Part shown: in pieces, positions 10,808-22,722 of the stretch
Layout of the letters: each line of letters opens with the position of its first letter
Numbering within the stretch: position 1 is the stretch's first letter
Assembly (NCBI GenBank): GCA_964016885.1
Contig: OZ024749.1
Span: 38,812,001 to 38,876,000 of the forward strand
Direction of reading: 5' to 3'
Length of the DNA stretch: 64,000 nt
Origin: Eledone cirrhosa
Taxonomy: Eukaryota
Notes under the pieces: generated by a model
What the model was told of the DNA's origin: nothing
Databases searched by the model: none
The model's input: only the letters and a program-made list of their open reading frames with translations
Made by a program: the position numbers and the translations under genes

Positions 10808-11600
10808 AAAGGAGGTGCAACAAAGGAAGCTTCATGGTGGACTCACCTAAAAGAAAGTAAGGGAGAAAAATATATTGATGAAAAAGGAGAGCCCACTGAG
10901 TCAACCTCACACCTTCGCTCGAGATGGAGCTTGTCACCAAATCCCAAATTCAAAAGGCTTTGGGTTGCGTGTGGAAGTGAAAAACCCATATAGCTCAGGG
11001 CATGGTGGATATTATATTTGCAAAGATAATATTCCCTAACACCCCTGATGAGTGAGGAACTAACTCTGGTGTCATCTTATTGTGGCGAAAGGTTGGTTAA
11101 AATCAAAGTAACTCAGGAGCTGCCCACAATAGACATTCTTTGATTTGTGGCAGCTGTCCTTGTAGACCGCGAAAATTTATAAAAATACTATAGGTCCAAA
11201 AAATTAAAACAGAAAAACTGGTCCAGAACATGATCGGAACTACTAGTCCAAATAGACTAAGAGAACATTGATGCTATCCCGACCTAATAGACCTTGCAGA
11301 CAGCACCAGCCTTCCTGTGACTGTTGAGAGCAGAAAGCCAAAGTGCCATATGTGTGACGCCAAAAAATACCTCATAGCTTTCTGTCCACAACAAATCAGG
11401 AAGCAGGCCCCTTCTTCCTATACCAAGTCCCATACTAAAACAACACAACCACCAATAGCCCCAATATGCACAAAAACATCAGCGTCAACAACAGCAGCAG
11501 CACCATCAACTGGTCAAACACCACAGGGAACACCAGCACCATTACCAACAACAGCATCAATGCCCATGGAAGACATGCTGCTTTTGTTATTCCTACATTA
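10808..11600 (+). pseudogene. decayed gag/ORF1-like retroelement remnant with zinc-knuckle relic
   Basis: VTVESRKPKCHMCDAKKYLIAFCP resembles a CX2CX4HX4C knuckle with the His lost; followed by a Pro/Thr-rich stretch; boundaries approximate. Confidence 0.4.
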
Positions 11601-11657
11601 TTTAACTCCAGACTTCAATAGCAACAACATATCTCACCCACCCTTATTATATTTCAT

Positions 11658-12272
11658 CGGTGGATTGGCAGTATTGGTAGAGGGTCGGACGCCATGCTTT
11701 GACGCATAGAGTTACGGCCCTTGCCATTCTGAGTTCAAATCCCGCCGAGGTTAACTTTGCCTTTCATCATTACAGGGCCGATAAAATAAAGTACCTGTAA
11801 TCATCATCATCATCATCATCAACGTTTAACGTCCGTGTTCCACGCTTGCATGGGTTTGGACGAGGGTTTTCCCACTTGAGGCAAGAGTGATTGTCTTGCT
11901 CGCATAGGACTGTCTGGCAGGTTTTCTACAGTTGGATGCCCTTCCTAACACCAACCACATTTACAGTGTGGGTCTGGGAGGTTTTTACCGTGTTGCCTAC
12001 ACGGCCACATTACAGCGTGGACTGTCTGGCGGGTTTTCTACAGCTGGATGCCCTTCCTAACACCAACCACATTTACAGTGTGGAGCTGGGAGGTTTTTAC
12101 CGTGTTGCCTACACGGCCACATTACAGCGTGGACTGTGTGTTTTTTTGTCGTGACACCTACACGATCTCATTTGTTTCGGCCTGGATGTTGTGGCACCAA
12201 CATAACTTTACATAATACACTGTAATACACTGAGTAATTGCTGGCCTTGTGTCTAACGTAGAAACAATTATA
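11658..12272 (+). mobile_element. SINE family 1 split by an RTE 3'UTR-type insert (about 11801-12215, minus)
   Basis: SINE stops at GTACCTGTAA and resumes at CTGTAATACACTGAGTAATTGCTGG; insert matches 2030-2330. Confidence 0.8.
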
Positions 12273-12326
12273 TTTCATCTCACAACTCAATATATTTTAC
12301 CCAATCTCTACTATATTTGATGGCAG

Positions 12327-12448
12327 ACTTCAGTGACAACAACATGTTGACAGCCCAAGACTTAAAGGAAGTCATTCACCGTATCACAATGCCTGATGAA
12401 AACAGTGATAAGTTGAATGATGAAGACTTACAGTTGCTGATAGATAAT
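12327..12448 (+). CDS. CIB1: CIB1-like, internal coding exon (EF-hand 3)
   Basis: ggcag|AC TTC...GAT AAT|gtaagt, 122 bp, (D)FSDNNMLTAQDLKEVIHRITMPDENSDKLNDEDLQLLIDN; phases 1 and 0 fit the neighbours. Confidence 0.93.
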
Positions 12449-12732
12449 GTAAGTATATATATATATATATTGGGACATGTATCTTCCAAATGACTTGTAG
12501 CAAATGTTAGTTTACCTGGCTGGCGCGACTAGAATACTGGATTGAAAACGTTAAACTTTTATTCCTTGCTAGAGAAAATCAAGAGGAACAACTCTTGTAT
12601 ATTAACCATGAAGAAGTTTTCTCCCTGAGAAGCACAAATATAATATATGATATTAAATATGTTTTGATACCTAATATACATAATATATATTACAATATTA
12701 TTATCTGATACCAAATATCATAACATATGATA

Positions 12733-13334
12733 CTAGCCGAATTACCCGCGCCTTGCTGCGTTTCACACATTTTTTTTTTTTTTGTAAGAAAATGATTGAT
12801 TTTAAATTTCTGGAGAACTCTGCATTTCAATATTACTCAATGTAAAATGTAATGCATGAAAAATTGGAAAACATTTTTTGTAATCAAAATTCATTATTAA
12901 ATCTTATTCTTAAATCTGAGTTCAAATCCCGCCGAGGTTGACTTTGCCTTTCATCCTTACGGGGTCGATAAAATAAAGTACCAGTAATGCACTGGGTAAT
13001 TGCTGGCCTTGTGCCTAAAGTAGAAACAATTATTAAATCTTATTCTTATTTAGTTTCTTGTAAATAATTTTTTTCAAAATATCAATTCAAAGTTTTCTGA
13101 ATAGGCATCATATCTTGTAATTTACCTATGGTTTAAATTTCATATAAATCGAAGGGAAAAAATTTTCAGTCGGAAATAGTGCCCCCGGGGAACCCTTTGA
13201 TTAAAATGAAATATACTTATCCAAGTACCCTGGGCAATGTAGTTTCAGAATATATATGGTTATGGGGGTCTATCTCCAAAACCATAAGAGGAGTTTGTGA
13301 ACAAACAGAGGAACTACAACTTTATATATATAGA
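12733..13334 (-). mobile_element. non-autonomous Helitron-like element with a SINE inserted at 12914-13034
   Basis: minus strand starts A|TCTATATATATAAAA and ends with an imperfect GC hairpin then CTAG|T; nested SINE flanked by duplicated ATTATTAAATCTTATTCTTA. Confidence 0.7.
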
Positions 13335-13374
13335 TTATATATGTTCTGATACCTAAATTTGTATTAATATATAT

Positions 13375-13555
13375 ATCATCATTATCATTTTACGTCTACT
13401 TTTCCCTGCTTGCAAGGGTCGGATGGGTCCTATTCAGCACAGCATCTCTCCACTTGTCATGGTCCTTCATCATCTCCTCGGTGAGTTTCACTGATCTGAG
13501 TGAGGTCTGCTCTCACCACCTCCGCCCATGTTTTTCGTGGTCTACCTCTACTGCG
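13375..13555 (-). mobile_element. RTE LINE 3' end fragment
   Basis: matches 62200-62390. Confidence 0.8.
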
Positions 13556-14150
13556 TTTTTATATATTTTTCAGCAGTTCAATCGAGTAGTAGAGAGGTAT
13601 ATAGTCATAGTGAAGTGAAATTACCCAGAAACATGTTGGCTGTTCCTCGATGCTACTGTTGAACAAACAGATGATGATAGTGATCAAAAACAAGACATAG
13701 CTAAATGAAGCTGTTTGCTTGCAAACAAATTGAATGTTATTATTATTACTATTAAATATAACCCATATTTACATCATCATCATCATCGTTTAATGTTTAT
13801 CTTCCACGCTAGCATGGGTTAAACGAGAGTTGTCCCACTTGAGGCAAGATTGGTCGGGTGACCGTGTCTCGCTCATATAGGACTATCTGGCATGTTTTCT
13901 ACGGCTCGATGTCCTTCCTAACACCAACCACATTTACAGTGTGGACTGGGAACTTTTTACTGTGTTACCTACACGGTCACATTACAGTGTGGACTGTGTA
14001 TTTTGTTTTGTTGTGACACCTATACGATCTCATTAGTTTGGACTGGATGTTGTGGTATGTTAGAGCCAAAAATCAAATTCTAATTTTGTTTTGATATATA
14101 TTCCATTGATAAATTGCTCTACCAGTCCTAGCTGTGTAAATTCTCAGGAG

Positions 14151-14235
14151 GTTTCTGAAGAATTGCACTTGGCTTAGTTCTGCATACCACTCTCCAGGTA
14201 TGGAGTGTAGTAATGAAACCACGTGGTCCAGGGAC
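14151..14235 (+). ncRNA. degenerate hammerhead motif, sense to the CIB intron
   Basis: CTGAAGA 14155-14161, ATTGC/GTAAT stem II base, GAAA-CCACGTGG-TC with palindromic stem III; the predicted stem I overlaps the core. Confidence 0.5.
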
Positions 14236-14414
14236 GTTAATTAATTGTGTTCCTACACAACACCTTTTGTATCACTAACTAATTGTGTGCAACTCGTCTA
14301 ACCCATGCTAGCATGAACTGGACGTTAAACTGTGATGATGATAATGATGATATTTAACGCCACTAAGGTTAACTATAGTCTACTTTTTGTGGACTACATG
14401 TTTGTATGTATAAT

Positions 14415-14760
14415 GGAAGCACATGGCTTAGTGGTTAGCGCATTGGCCTTGCAATCGAAAGGTTGTGAGTTCAATTCTCAGACCGGGTGATGTGTTGTTT
14501 CCTTGAGCAAGAAACTTTATTTCACATTGCTCCAGTTTATTCAGCTGTAGAAATGAGATGATAGGGACTGGGGTCCCTATCATTCCACTGCAAAGTGGTC
14601 ATGGAGGTGCCACGACAAAAAAGCACCCAGCACTCACTGTAAATGAGGTTGGTGTTAGGAAGGGCATCCAGCTGTAGAAATCAAGCCAGCATCAGTTCCC
14701 GTCCCACCCTTGCAAGCAGGGAAAAAGCGGACGTAAAATGAAATGAAAATGAATGAAATG
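14415..14760 (+). mobile_element. SINE family 2, full length
   Basis: near-identical to 652-990. Confidence 0.9.
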
Positions 14761-14805
14761 AATTATATATCTATTATCTCTATACATTTTGTGTTTTCTC
14801 TGTAG

Positions 14806-14894
14806 ATTATGGAAGAAGCTGATTTAGATAATGACGACTGCCTGTCATTCCAGGAATTTGAACATGTCCTCTCAAAATCATCAGATTTTGCATT
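14806..14894 (+). CDS. CIB1: CIB1-like, internal coding exon (EF-hand 4)
   Basis: tgtag|ATT ATG GAA...GCA TT|gtatgt, 89 bp, IMEEADLDNDDCLSFQEFEHVLSKSSDFA(L). Confidence 0.95.
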
Positions 14895-15024
14895 GTATGT
14901 ATACCACTTAACCTTTCTTTGTTAGAGTTATTTTATATTTCATCTGTTAACATTAGTGCACCCAGTACATTATATAAAGTGGTTGGTAAATAAATGGAGC
15001 AATGTATAGTTGAGGGAACATTTT

Positions 15025-15262
15025 ATAATGAAAATTATTGTGTACAGTGCTCAGGTGCACTACAACTCATCAAAGGTGCATGTATAGTACATAGAATAAT
15101 GTGATGCACTACAACTCATCAAAGGTGCATGTATAGTACATAGAATAATGTACAAATGTCAAGAAAGTGAACAGTGTATAAGTCATGATATACAAACGGA
15201 CATATGCGTGTGTGTGTGTGTGTATGGAGGGGGAATATCAGGTGTAATGTTGACATTGATGA
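15025..15262 (-). mobile_element. CR1/L2-group LINE 3'UTR fragment
   Basis: reverse complement of 22550-22720 with an internal duplication. Confidence 0.75.
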
Positions 15263-15753
15263 CCTTTAGTTCTGTTGAGAACAAAACAACATCTCTGGTG
15301 TTGGCATCACCATAACATGCACCCAGTACATTTGTTTTATATTTATGTTCTGAATAAACAGATAAACCTATATTTTCGAAAAGAATTGTCCTTGTGATAA
15401 TTGTTCTGCCAGAGAACCAATAATTCACTTGTTAGTAACTGATGCTTTTCATTCCTAAAGCTGCAATATACAGAAAATAAAAAAAATTCCCCTATTTTTT
15501 TATCATCGTCATTATCATTTAATATCTGTTTTCCACGCTGGCATTGGTGGGACGGGTTGTCCTGTTTGAGGCAAGTTGGGTCAGGTGACCATGTCTTGCT
15601 CATACAGAACTGTTTCTGACTAGGTTTCTATGGCTGGATACCCTTCCTAATGCCAACCACATTTACAGTGTGTACTGGGTACTTTAAATTTTATATTCAA
15701 TATATTTTTGAAAATAAATTCACCCTGCTTTTTTTCATATTTTTATTTTCCAG

Positions 15754-15775
15754 ATCTTTCTGCATTCATCTGTGA
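15754..15775 (+). CDS. CIB1: CIB1-like, last coding exon with stop
   Basis: ttccag|A TCT TTC TGC ATT CAT CTG TGA = SFCIHL*, like CIB1 SFKIVL*; six exons total 513 nt = 170 aa plus stop. Confidence 0.9.
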
Positions 15776-16849
15776 TATTTGTCAGCAAAGTTCTTCTGTT
15801 ACTCAAACAAAGAAATACTTTTTACTTTTGTAATATCAATATATATTTGTTTTGTTTTGTTTTTAAATCAACAACTATTTTTATATAAAACTAAATATGC
15901 TTATGTTTTTTTTATGAACTATGGATTGGGGATTAGAAAATCTTGAGAATTGTTCAATAAGTCGAACCTGCTGTTTTTATAATCTAATCCTAAAGCAGAT
16001 ATACCCGTACATACTTTGTTTTAAGTGAATTACTGTATATAAGCATGTATAATTTCCACTGTTTCCATAAAATTATGATATGAAAGATCTATCATTTAAT
16101 GGGCCTTCAAAACCTTATACACAAGTAATACAATATTTTTCTGTATTTGGACATAAAAGAAGTAAAAAAAGAATGACAGCCTTATACTTAGACACATGCA
16201 TATACACACACATATTAATACTTTCTTATCAATGAGTTTATTATAATTTTAAAATCTGTATAGTAAGTAAGGTCTGGTTCTATTTTTTTAATTGAAAAAT
16301 AATGAAATCGGTTGAAATTAAAATGTTTAATTTTTGCAAAATTCCCCACACTCGCCTATAACTTTTTTTGCCATTGTTCAGCCATTCTTCTACCAGTGTA
16401 TTCCGTTTCTTTCTTTACTTTACAAATAATATTCCAATGAATAGATGCATCAAAATTTAATTAAATCAGTATTATTTCTATATTATTTGTGATATTTCAC
16501 ACAAAATAATTAATTCTATTAATTTTATTCATTCCTCTCTCACTTTTGAATAAGCTCATTTCAGTTTTGGTTTGATGTCTCTCTGTTTTTGTTTTTTGTC
16601 TTTCTGTTTGTTGCATCTAATTGTGATTTCTGAAGGCAATTCTTATATGGAACCTTTTTTTACAAAATGGCATAGGCCCTTAACTTCTGATGGAGTCATA
16701 GGAGCATCATACTGATATACAGTGTATCTTGTATATTTATAGTGAAGCCCATCCCTCCAGCTTTTACAAAATATGGTTTTAAACTGTCCTGTCCTTTTAT
16801 TTTGAGTGTCACAAAATTGTTGTTTTGTACTTCCAATCACATCTTCTTT

Positions 16850-17180
16850 GTATTTTATATTTTATTAACCACCCAATTAATAATTTACATTTTATTAATG
16901 ACCCAGGTAATATTTTATATTTTATTAACTACGCAGTTAATATTTTATATTTATTAACCACCGAGTTAATATTTTATATGTATTAACCACACAGTTAATA
17001 TTTTATATGTATAAAATTCCTAGTTAATATTTTACATTTATTAACCACCCAGTTAATATTTTATATGTATAAACTACCCAGTTAATAATTTATATTTATA
17101 AACTACCCAGTTAATATTTTATATGTATTAACTACCTAGTCAATAATTTATATGGATTAGCTACCCAGTTAATAATTTGT
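16850..17180. repeat. AT-rich tandem repeat, unit about 30 bp
   Basis: recurring TTAACCACCCAGTTAATATTTTATAT. Confidence 0.85.
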
Positions 17181-17397
17181 AAAGAGGAAATGGTATCTGA
17201 TATTGTTGAAAGCTTCACATATGTTACTGTAACATTTTAATTTTCATTAACATATTTAAATTAGAAATGTGATAATGTTATTCTAACTATTTCACTCTTT
17301 TATTAACATTTTATGTACTATACATGCACCTTTGATGAGTTGTAGTGTACCTGAGCACTGTACACAATAATTTTCATTATTATTACTATTATATTAA

Positions 17398-17589
17398 TCG
17401 GTAGATTGGCAGTATCTGTAGAAAGTCGGACGCCATGCTTTCCAGCAGTTAGTTATGTCCCTTTACGGTCTGAGTTCAAATCCCGCTGAGGTTAACTTTG
17501 CCTTTCATCCTTAGGGGTCGATAAAATAAAGTATCAGTAATGTACTGGGTAATTGCTGGCCTTGTGCCAAAAAGTAGAAACAATTATTA
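17398..17589 (+). mobile_element. SINE family 1
   Basis: full head, core and tail; sits next to a CR1/L2 tail fragment at 17310-17390. Confidence 0.88.
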
Positions 17590-18829
17590 CTTTTATATTT
17601 AAATTATCAGGGTGGAGTTGGCTGCCTACAAGAGTGAGCCCTGTTGGTTGGGTTGGCACTTCAAACATGTCGTCTCTCTTGCCATCCTCTGGGGCAACAT
17701 TTTCTCCATTCTGTCTGCTGGGACCATTAGGTCATCTGTACATGGGCTCCCACACATCAGAGAACATTCCCTCTCATTGCTCGGGCCTACACCATTGAGG
17801 GTGGCAATGTTACGACAGTATTATAAAAAAATTTGTTCTCATAAAACTCATAGCTATAAAAAAACAATGGTTAAAACTGATATGAAGTTTTCAGCAATAT
17901 CAGATGAGAATGGATTCCATTTCCATTGTTAGGGTGCCAGATGTGATGCCATGCACTGTCTATTTCTAGCTCTCTCTACTCTGAGTTCAAATCTTATTGA
18001 GGTCAACTTCACATTTCATTGTTTTTTTCTGTAAAGATAAATAAAGCACCAATCCAGGCAATGGGCTGTGGATTGTTGGAATTGTTAAAATGTTGGATGA
18101 GGTTTACCTTTGCTAGTTTCGAAGTTGTTTTAGCACAACCAGAGCTCATTTAGACAAATTGATTAATGAGAGCTATTTAATCATTGTTTTGTGAAAAAGT
18201 TATATAAACTACAAATCGCCTGTCATATTTTTTTAGTATTACTAAAAACAGTATATTTTAACCCTTTTGTGCCTACATTTCTAAAGAGATGACTTGCCTA
18301 TGTGTTTTAGTTAATGAACAATATAACAAAGATTTTTTTAGATGTTTAATAAAAAAAAATAATACCTGTAACTTTATATATTCTATATATCAGAGTTTTC
18401 CAAACTTTGGAAGAAACTATCCACTTTTTTAAAGAATATATTTCATCAGCCCCACCGCCCCAGTAAAGTTGATAAAACATTTTCCATTGAAAATTAAATT
18501 TCTAATATTTTTTAAAAGTTTTATCTAAGTATTTATTGAATAACTAAAGTTGATAGTTTTACAAGCAACTGTTAGTTTCTTATCCTCTTTCCTCTTTCAC
18601 AACATCTTGCTTTTCAATGAACTCTCCCTCCTACCTCATAGACATGCCTTACAGTGCCTCTCTTGAGTCTCCCACCAACCTTAAGGGGTCAATAGCACCC
18701 ACTTGAGGAATAACTGGTATATATTACGTTGGTATTGACAAACTTATATATGTGTGTGTGTGTGTGTGTGTTTGTATAGATAGATATAAATATACATACA
18801 TATATATACATATATATATGTATGTATAT

Positions 18830-18961
18830 GAATTAGCCGTCGAAACGGCTTGAGCTCAGCTGTCTGGGTCTTACTGGTTCCTATTACCCACTCTACTACC
18901 TCAAGTATCGAGTACTTTGGTGCGTTATGGTCCACCTGGTTCCTTACCACATTTCCTTCGT
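18830..18961 (+). mobile_element. family A copy 3, single arm plus tail
   Basis: starts at GAATTAGCCGTCGAAAC, just after the loop position of the palindromic copies. Confidence 0.8.
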
Positions 18962-19026
<65 letters not shown>

Positions 19027-19040
19027 ACCTGTTTTCAAAG

Positions 19041-19131
19041 TCCAGCAGTTGCAAGAGCAGGAGGGATCATCCTGATGAGAACTAGTTCAGTTCGAAATGC
19101 ATCGGCGATTGTCCCCCTTGCTACTGTTGGA
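19041..19131 (+). ncRNA. type I minimal hammerhead ribozyme motif on an extended stem I
   Basis: CTGATGA 19072-19078, GAACT/AGTTC stem II, GAAA 19094-19097, palindromic ATGCAT stem III, AUC site (C19103); TCCAGCAGTTGCAAG pairs with CTTGCTACTGTTGGA. Confidence 0.75.
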
Positions 19132-20303
19132 TACCGCCAGGTGGTGATAGCTGCCGGTGTTTTTGCATAGCTACAGTTTTCTAAATGTTTATTTATAAAC
19201 ATACAGTATTTCTTTAGAAATAGGAAATACCAATACATACAGAGTACCCGACCTCCCATGGGTACAAGCTGAAGCATATAGACAATATGCCCCCAAACCC
19301 CCTACTGCAAGGTGGTTGTGGAGGTGCCACGGCAAAAAAGCACCCAGCCCACACTGTAAAGTGGATGTGTAGGCGCCACGAAAAAGCACCCAGCACTCAC
19401 TGTAAATGAGGTTGGTGTTAGGAAGGGCATCCAGCTGTAGAAATCAAGCCAAATCAGTTCCTGTATGATTAAGGCATGGTTAGCCGACCAGACACTGCCC
19501 ACAACAGGACAACTCGTCTAACCCATGCTAGCGTGGAAGAACGGACGTAAAACAGTGATGATGATGATATCTGTGTACAGCTATGCTCGAAGCTAAATTC
19601 TGATTATATATTTATATATATATATAAAATATAATACACTTAGTCTACTCTGCAAAGTGGTAGTGCTGGTGTCACAAAGGAACCCAGCCAGTACACTCTG
19701 TAGGGGGATTGCTATTAAGAAAGGCATCAAGCCATAGTAACCATACAAATCTGGAATGTACAAACAAGATGAGGTTGTTTTGATCTGTTTAGCCTCAGAC
19801 TCTGACAATATTTTAGTGCAGTTCTGGATTAAAACTTGGTGAGGCGCTAAGCTATAGAAACATTAGAGGCACCTTATTTAAAAAATTATAGCAGAAGATC
19901 TCACAAAAATTGAAAACATATAGACCTTTCAATTATCTATGAGCCCTAAGTTGTTTTATAGTGATGATTTATTCAAAAGTTTCTTCTCTTGCTTTTAAAT
20001 GAAAAAACTAAAATCTATTTTATAAGTTGTGAAATATCTAATAAATTGGTTTCCAATCAATGTTGTTGTATATTGTTATTATGTCATCAAAATGCCTTGC
20101 AGTATTTAATCCTGTATTTTTAAGTTCAGAGCTCAAACCTAGATAAAAATTGCTTTTCATCCTTTAAGGATCAATAAAAAAAAAAAAATAAATAAAATAA
20201 AAGAAACTTTGAGTGAAATACTGGAACAATTTTACATCTCTGAATATATTTACATCAGTTTTGTATGATACAACTGGAGTGGTCTCAAGTGGTATGGTAT
20301 TAA

Positions 20304-20920
20304 CCCTTTAGCATTTATATTACTTTATACTTACTACTGTATTTTCACGGTAAAGGCTTTACCCCACATAATTATCTCACACAGTATCGAATCTATGAGA
20401 TTTTTATATTATTTATTTTGAGAGGAATACTTTAACGTCAATATGAGTGGCTGGGTACAGCTGGTTTGAACAGAAAGAGGTGAGAGAATTCTAGCCAAAT
20501 ACAGCTAGTTTGAACAGAAAGAGGTGAGAGAATTCTGGCCAAATACAGCTGGTTTGAACAGAAAGAGGTGAGAGAATTCTGGCCAAATACAGCTGGTTTG
20601 AACAGAAAGAGGTGAGAGAATTCTAGCCAAATACAGCTAGTTTGAACAGAAAGAGGTGAGAGAATTCTGGCCAAATACAGCTGGTTTGAACAGAAAGAGG
20701 TGAGAGAATTCTGGCCAAATACAGCTGGTTTGAACAGAAAGAGGTGAGAGAATTCTGGCCAGATACAGCTGGTTTGAACAGAAAGAGGTGAGAGAATTCT
20801 GGCCAAATACAGCTGGTTTGAACAGAAAGAGGTGAGAGAATTCTGGCCAAATACAGCTGGTTTGAACAGAAAGAGGTGAGAGAATTCTGGCCAAATACAG
20901 CTGGTTTAAATGCTAAAGGG
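20304..20920. mobile_element. piggyBac-like MITE with internal 44-bp minisatellite (about 20456-20907)
   Basis: TTAA|CCCTTTAGCATTTA...TAAATGCTAAAGGG|TTAA; about 10 units of TACAGCTGGTTTGAACAGAAAGAGGTGAGAGAATTCTGGCCAAA. Confidence 0.85.
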
Positions 20921-20925
20921 TTAAA

Positions 20926-21131
20926 CCCTTTAATATTTGCATTACTCTATATTTACTACTGTATTTTCACAGTAAAGGCTTTATCTTACATAATTATCTC
21001 ATGTAATATTGAATCTCCAAGATTTTGAGAACAATACCTTAATGTAGGTATGAGCAGCCAGTTACAACTGGTTTGAACAGAAAGAGTTTAGAGGATTCTG
21101 GCTGGATACGGCTAGTTTAAATGCTAAAGGG
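20926..21131. mobile_element. second tandem copy of the same MITE with a single internal unit
   Basis: same internal sequence, ends TGCTAAAGGG|TTAA. Confidence 0.8.
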
Positions 21132-22034
21132 TTAATAGAGTTAAACACTCCAAACTTTATCCGAAATAAATTACAAAAAAAATTTAAGAAAATCTACAAA
21201 AACTTGTAACCTCTGAAGTTTTATTCATGAAAACCCATCTTTTTTTCTTCTTTAAAATTAATTATTTTCTATATCAGGGAATACTTTTGATTTTCTGTTT
21301 GCATTTGCATGCACTGTGTTATAACTGGAAATAAGTAAAAAAAAAAAAACTGTTACTAACAAGATGATAATAGTTTGTTGAAAGAAGTGCTTCTTAAACT
21401 TATTTTGTCATAAGAACTCTTAAAATATTTTCTGAAAATCTCGGGACCCATGTCTATATTTTATAGACAATCCCTACCTCTTGGATTTTTTTTTTTTTTT
21501 TTTTTTTTTAAATAAGACATTAACAACAACTGTTTTAAAGCGATTTCTCTGCTAAAGCAAGTGTCAACTTTGCAGGGCCCCACAAGCTTTCCATTTTGCC
21601 CTGTCATCTCTATCCACCATCACCAACCCCCTTGTTCTCATTTCTTCCTCCATCATATCTAACCATGTCTTTCTTGGTCTTCCTCTTCCTTCACTTCTTT
21701 CCACATTCATTTCCATTCACTACTCTCACCCAGCCACTTCCATCTTTCTTCAATATACAGTTCCTAATGGTCGTTTGTCACCTGAAATGTTCATGAACCA
21801 AAACTATTTTTTCCCATACAAAATGTTGAGAGAGAGAGAGACCGTGTGTGAAAGACAGATAGATATCACCATAATAACTAACTACACAGCAAGTGATACT
21901 TTCCCATCGATACTCCAAGCTTGTTGCCAGCTTGCGTATTCGTTACTCAAGACACTGTTGTGAACCAAAACATTTTATGTTTGGAAAAATTGTTTGTGAT
22001 GCAACACAATCGTGAACCAAGGTTCCACTGTATA

Positions 22035-22722
22035 TATAAAATTGTCAAGAAGGCCGAGGGTATCTTGGCATCACTCAGCAAGACCTTTGTCAGCCGCTCT
22101 CCAGCTATCTATTTAAAGCTGTATATAGCTATGGTGCGGCCACTCTTAGAATTGGCATCACCAGTCTGGAACCCCTATCTTGCTCAGAATATTGATCTCC
22201 TGGAAACTGTTCAGAGGCGTGCAACCAAGCAAATACCCTCCATCAGGCATCTACCATACTCTCAACGCCTTGCTTCCCTAGGAATGGATACATTGAAGCT
22301 CTGACGTCTGGCAACTGGCTTGGTAAACACCCACAAAATTATTAACCATCTTGCCAACAACCCTGAGCATCTTTTTGAATTCCATGTGTCTAACACCCGT
22401 GGGCATGCCTACAAAGTCAGAAAACAGCACAGTTCCCATGACTTTCGGAAACATTTTCACGCTCAAAGTTGCTGAAGCATGGAACAAACTACCTGCATCA
22501 GTTGTTAGCTGTCGGGACACTGCATCCTTTAAAACCTCCATACTTCCTGAAATTCACCAACACTACACCTGGTATTCCCTCTCCATACACACGCACACAT
22601 GTATATCATAACTCATACACTGTTCACTTTCCTGACATTTGTACATTATTTTATCTACTATACATGCACCTTTGATGAGCTGTAGTGCACCTTTGCACTG
22701 TACACAATAATTTCATTTTTAT
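22035..22722 (+). mobile_element. CR1/L2-group LINE 3' fragment (RT C-terminus plus 3'UTR)
   Basis: LYIAMVRPLLELASPVWNPYL..NIDLLETVQRRATK motif; stops and frameshifts downstream; (ATT)n tail. Confidence 0.85.

Noticed and set aside
11045-11092. CTGATGAG...CGAAA
   Set aside because: No stem II, stem III or stem I pairing
20438-20894. Regular 44-bp array (also the 46-, 50- and 37-bp arrays) as CRISPR or repeat protein
   Set aside because: No unique spacers, eukaryotic context; ORFs are frame-cycling artefacts
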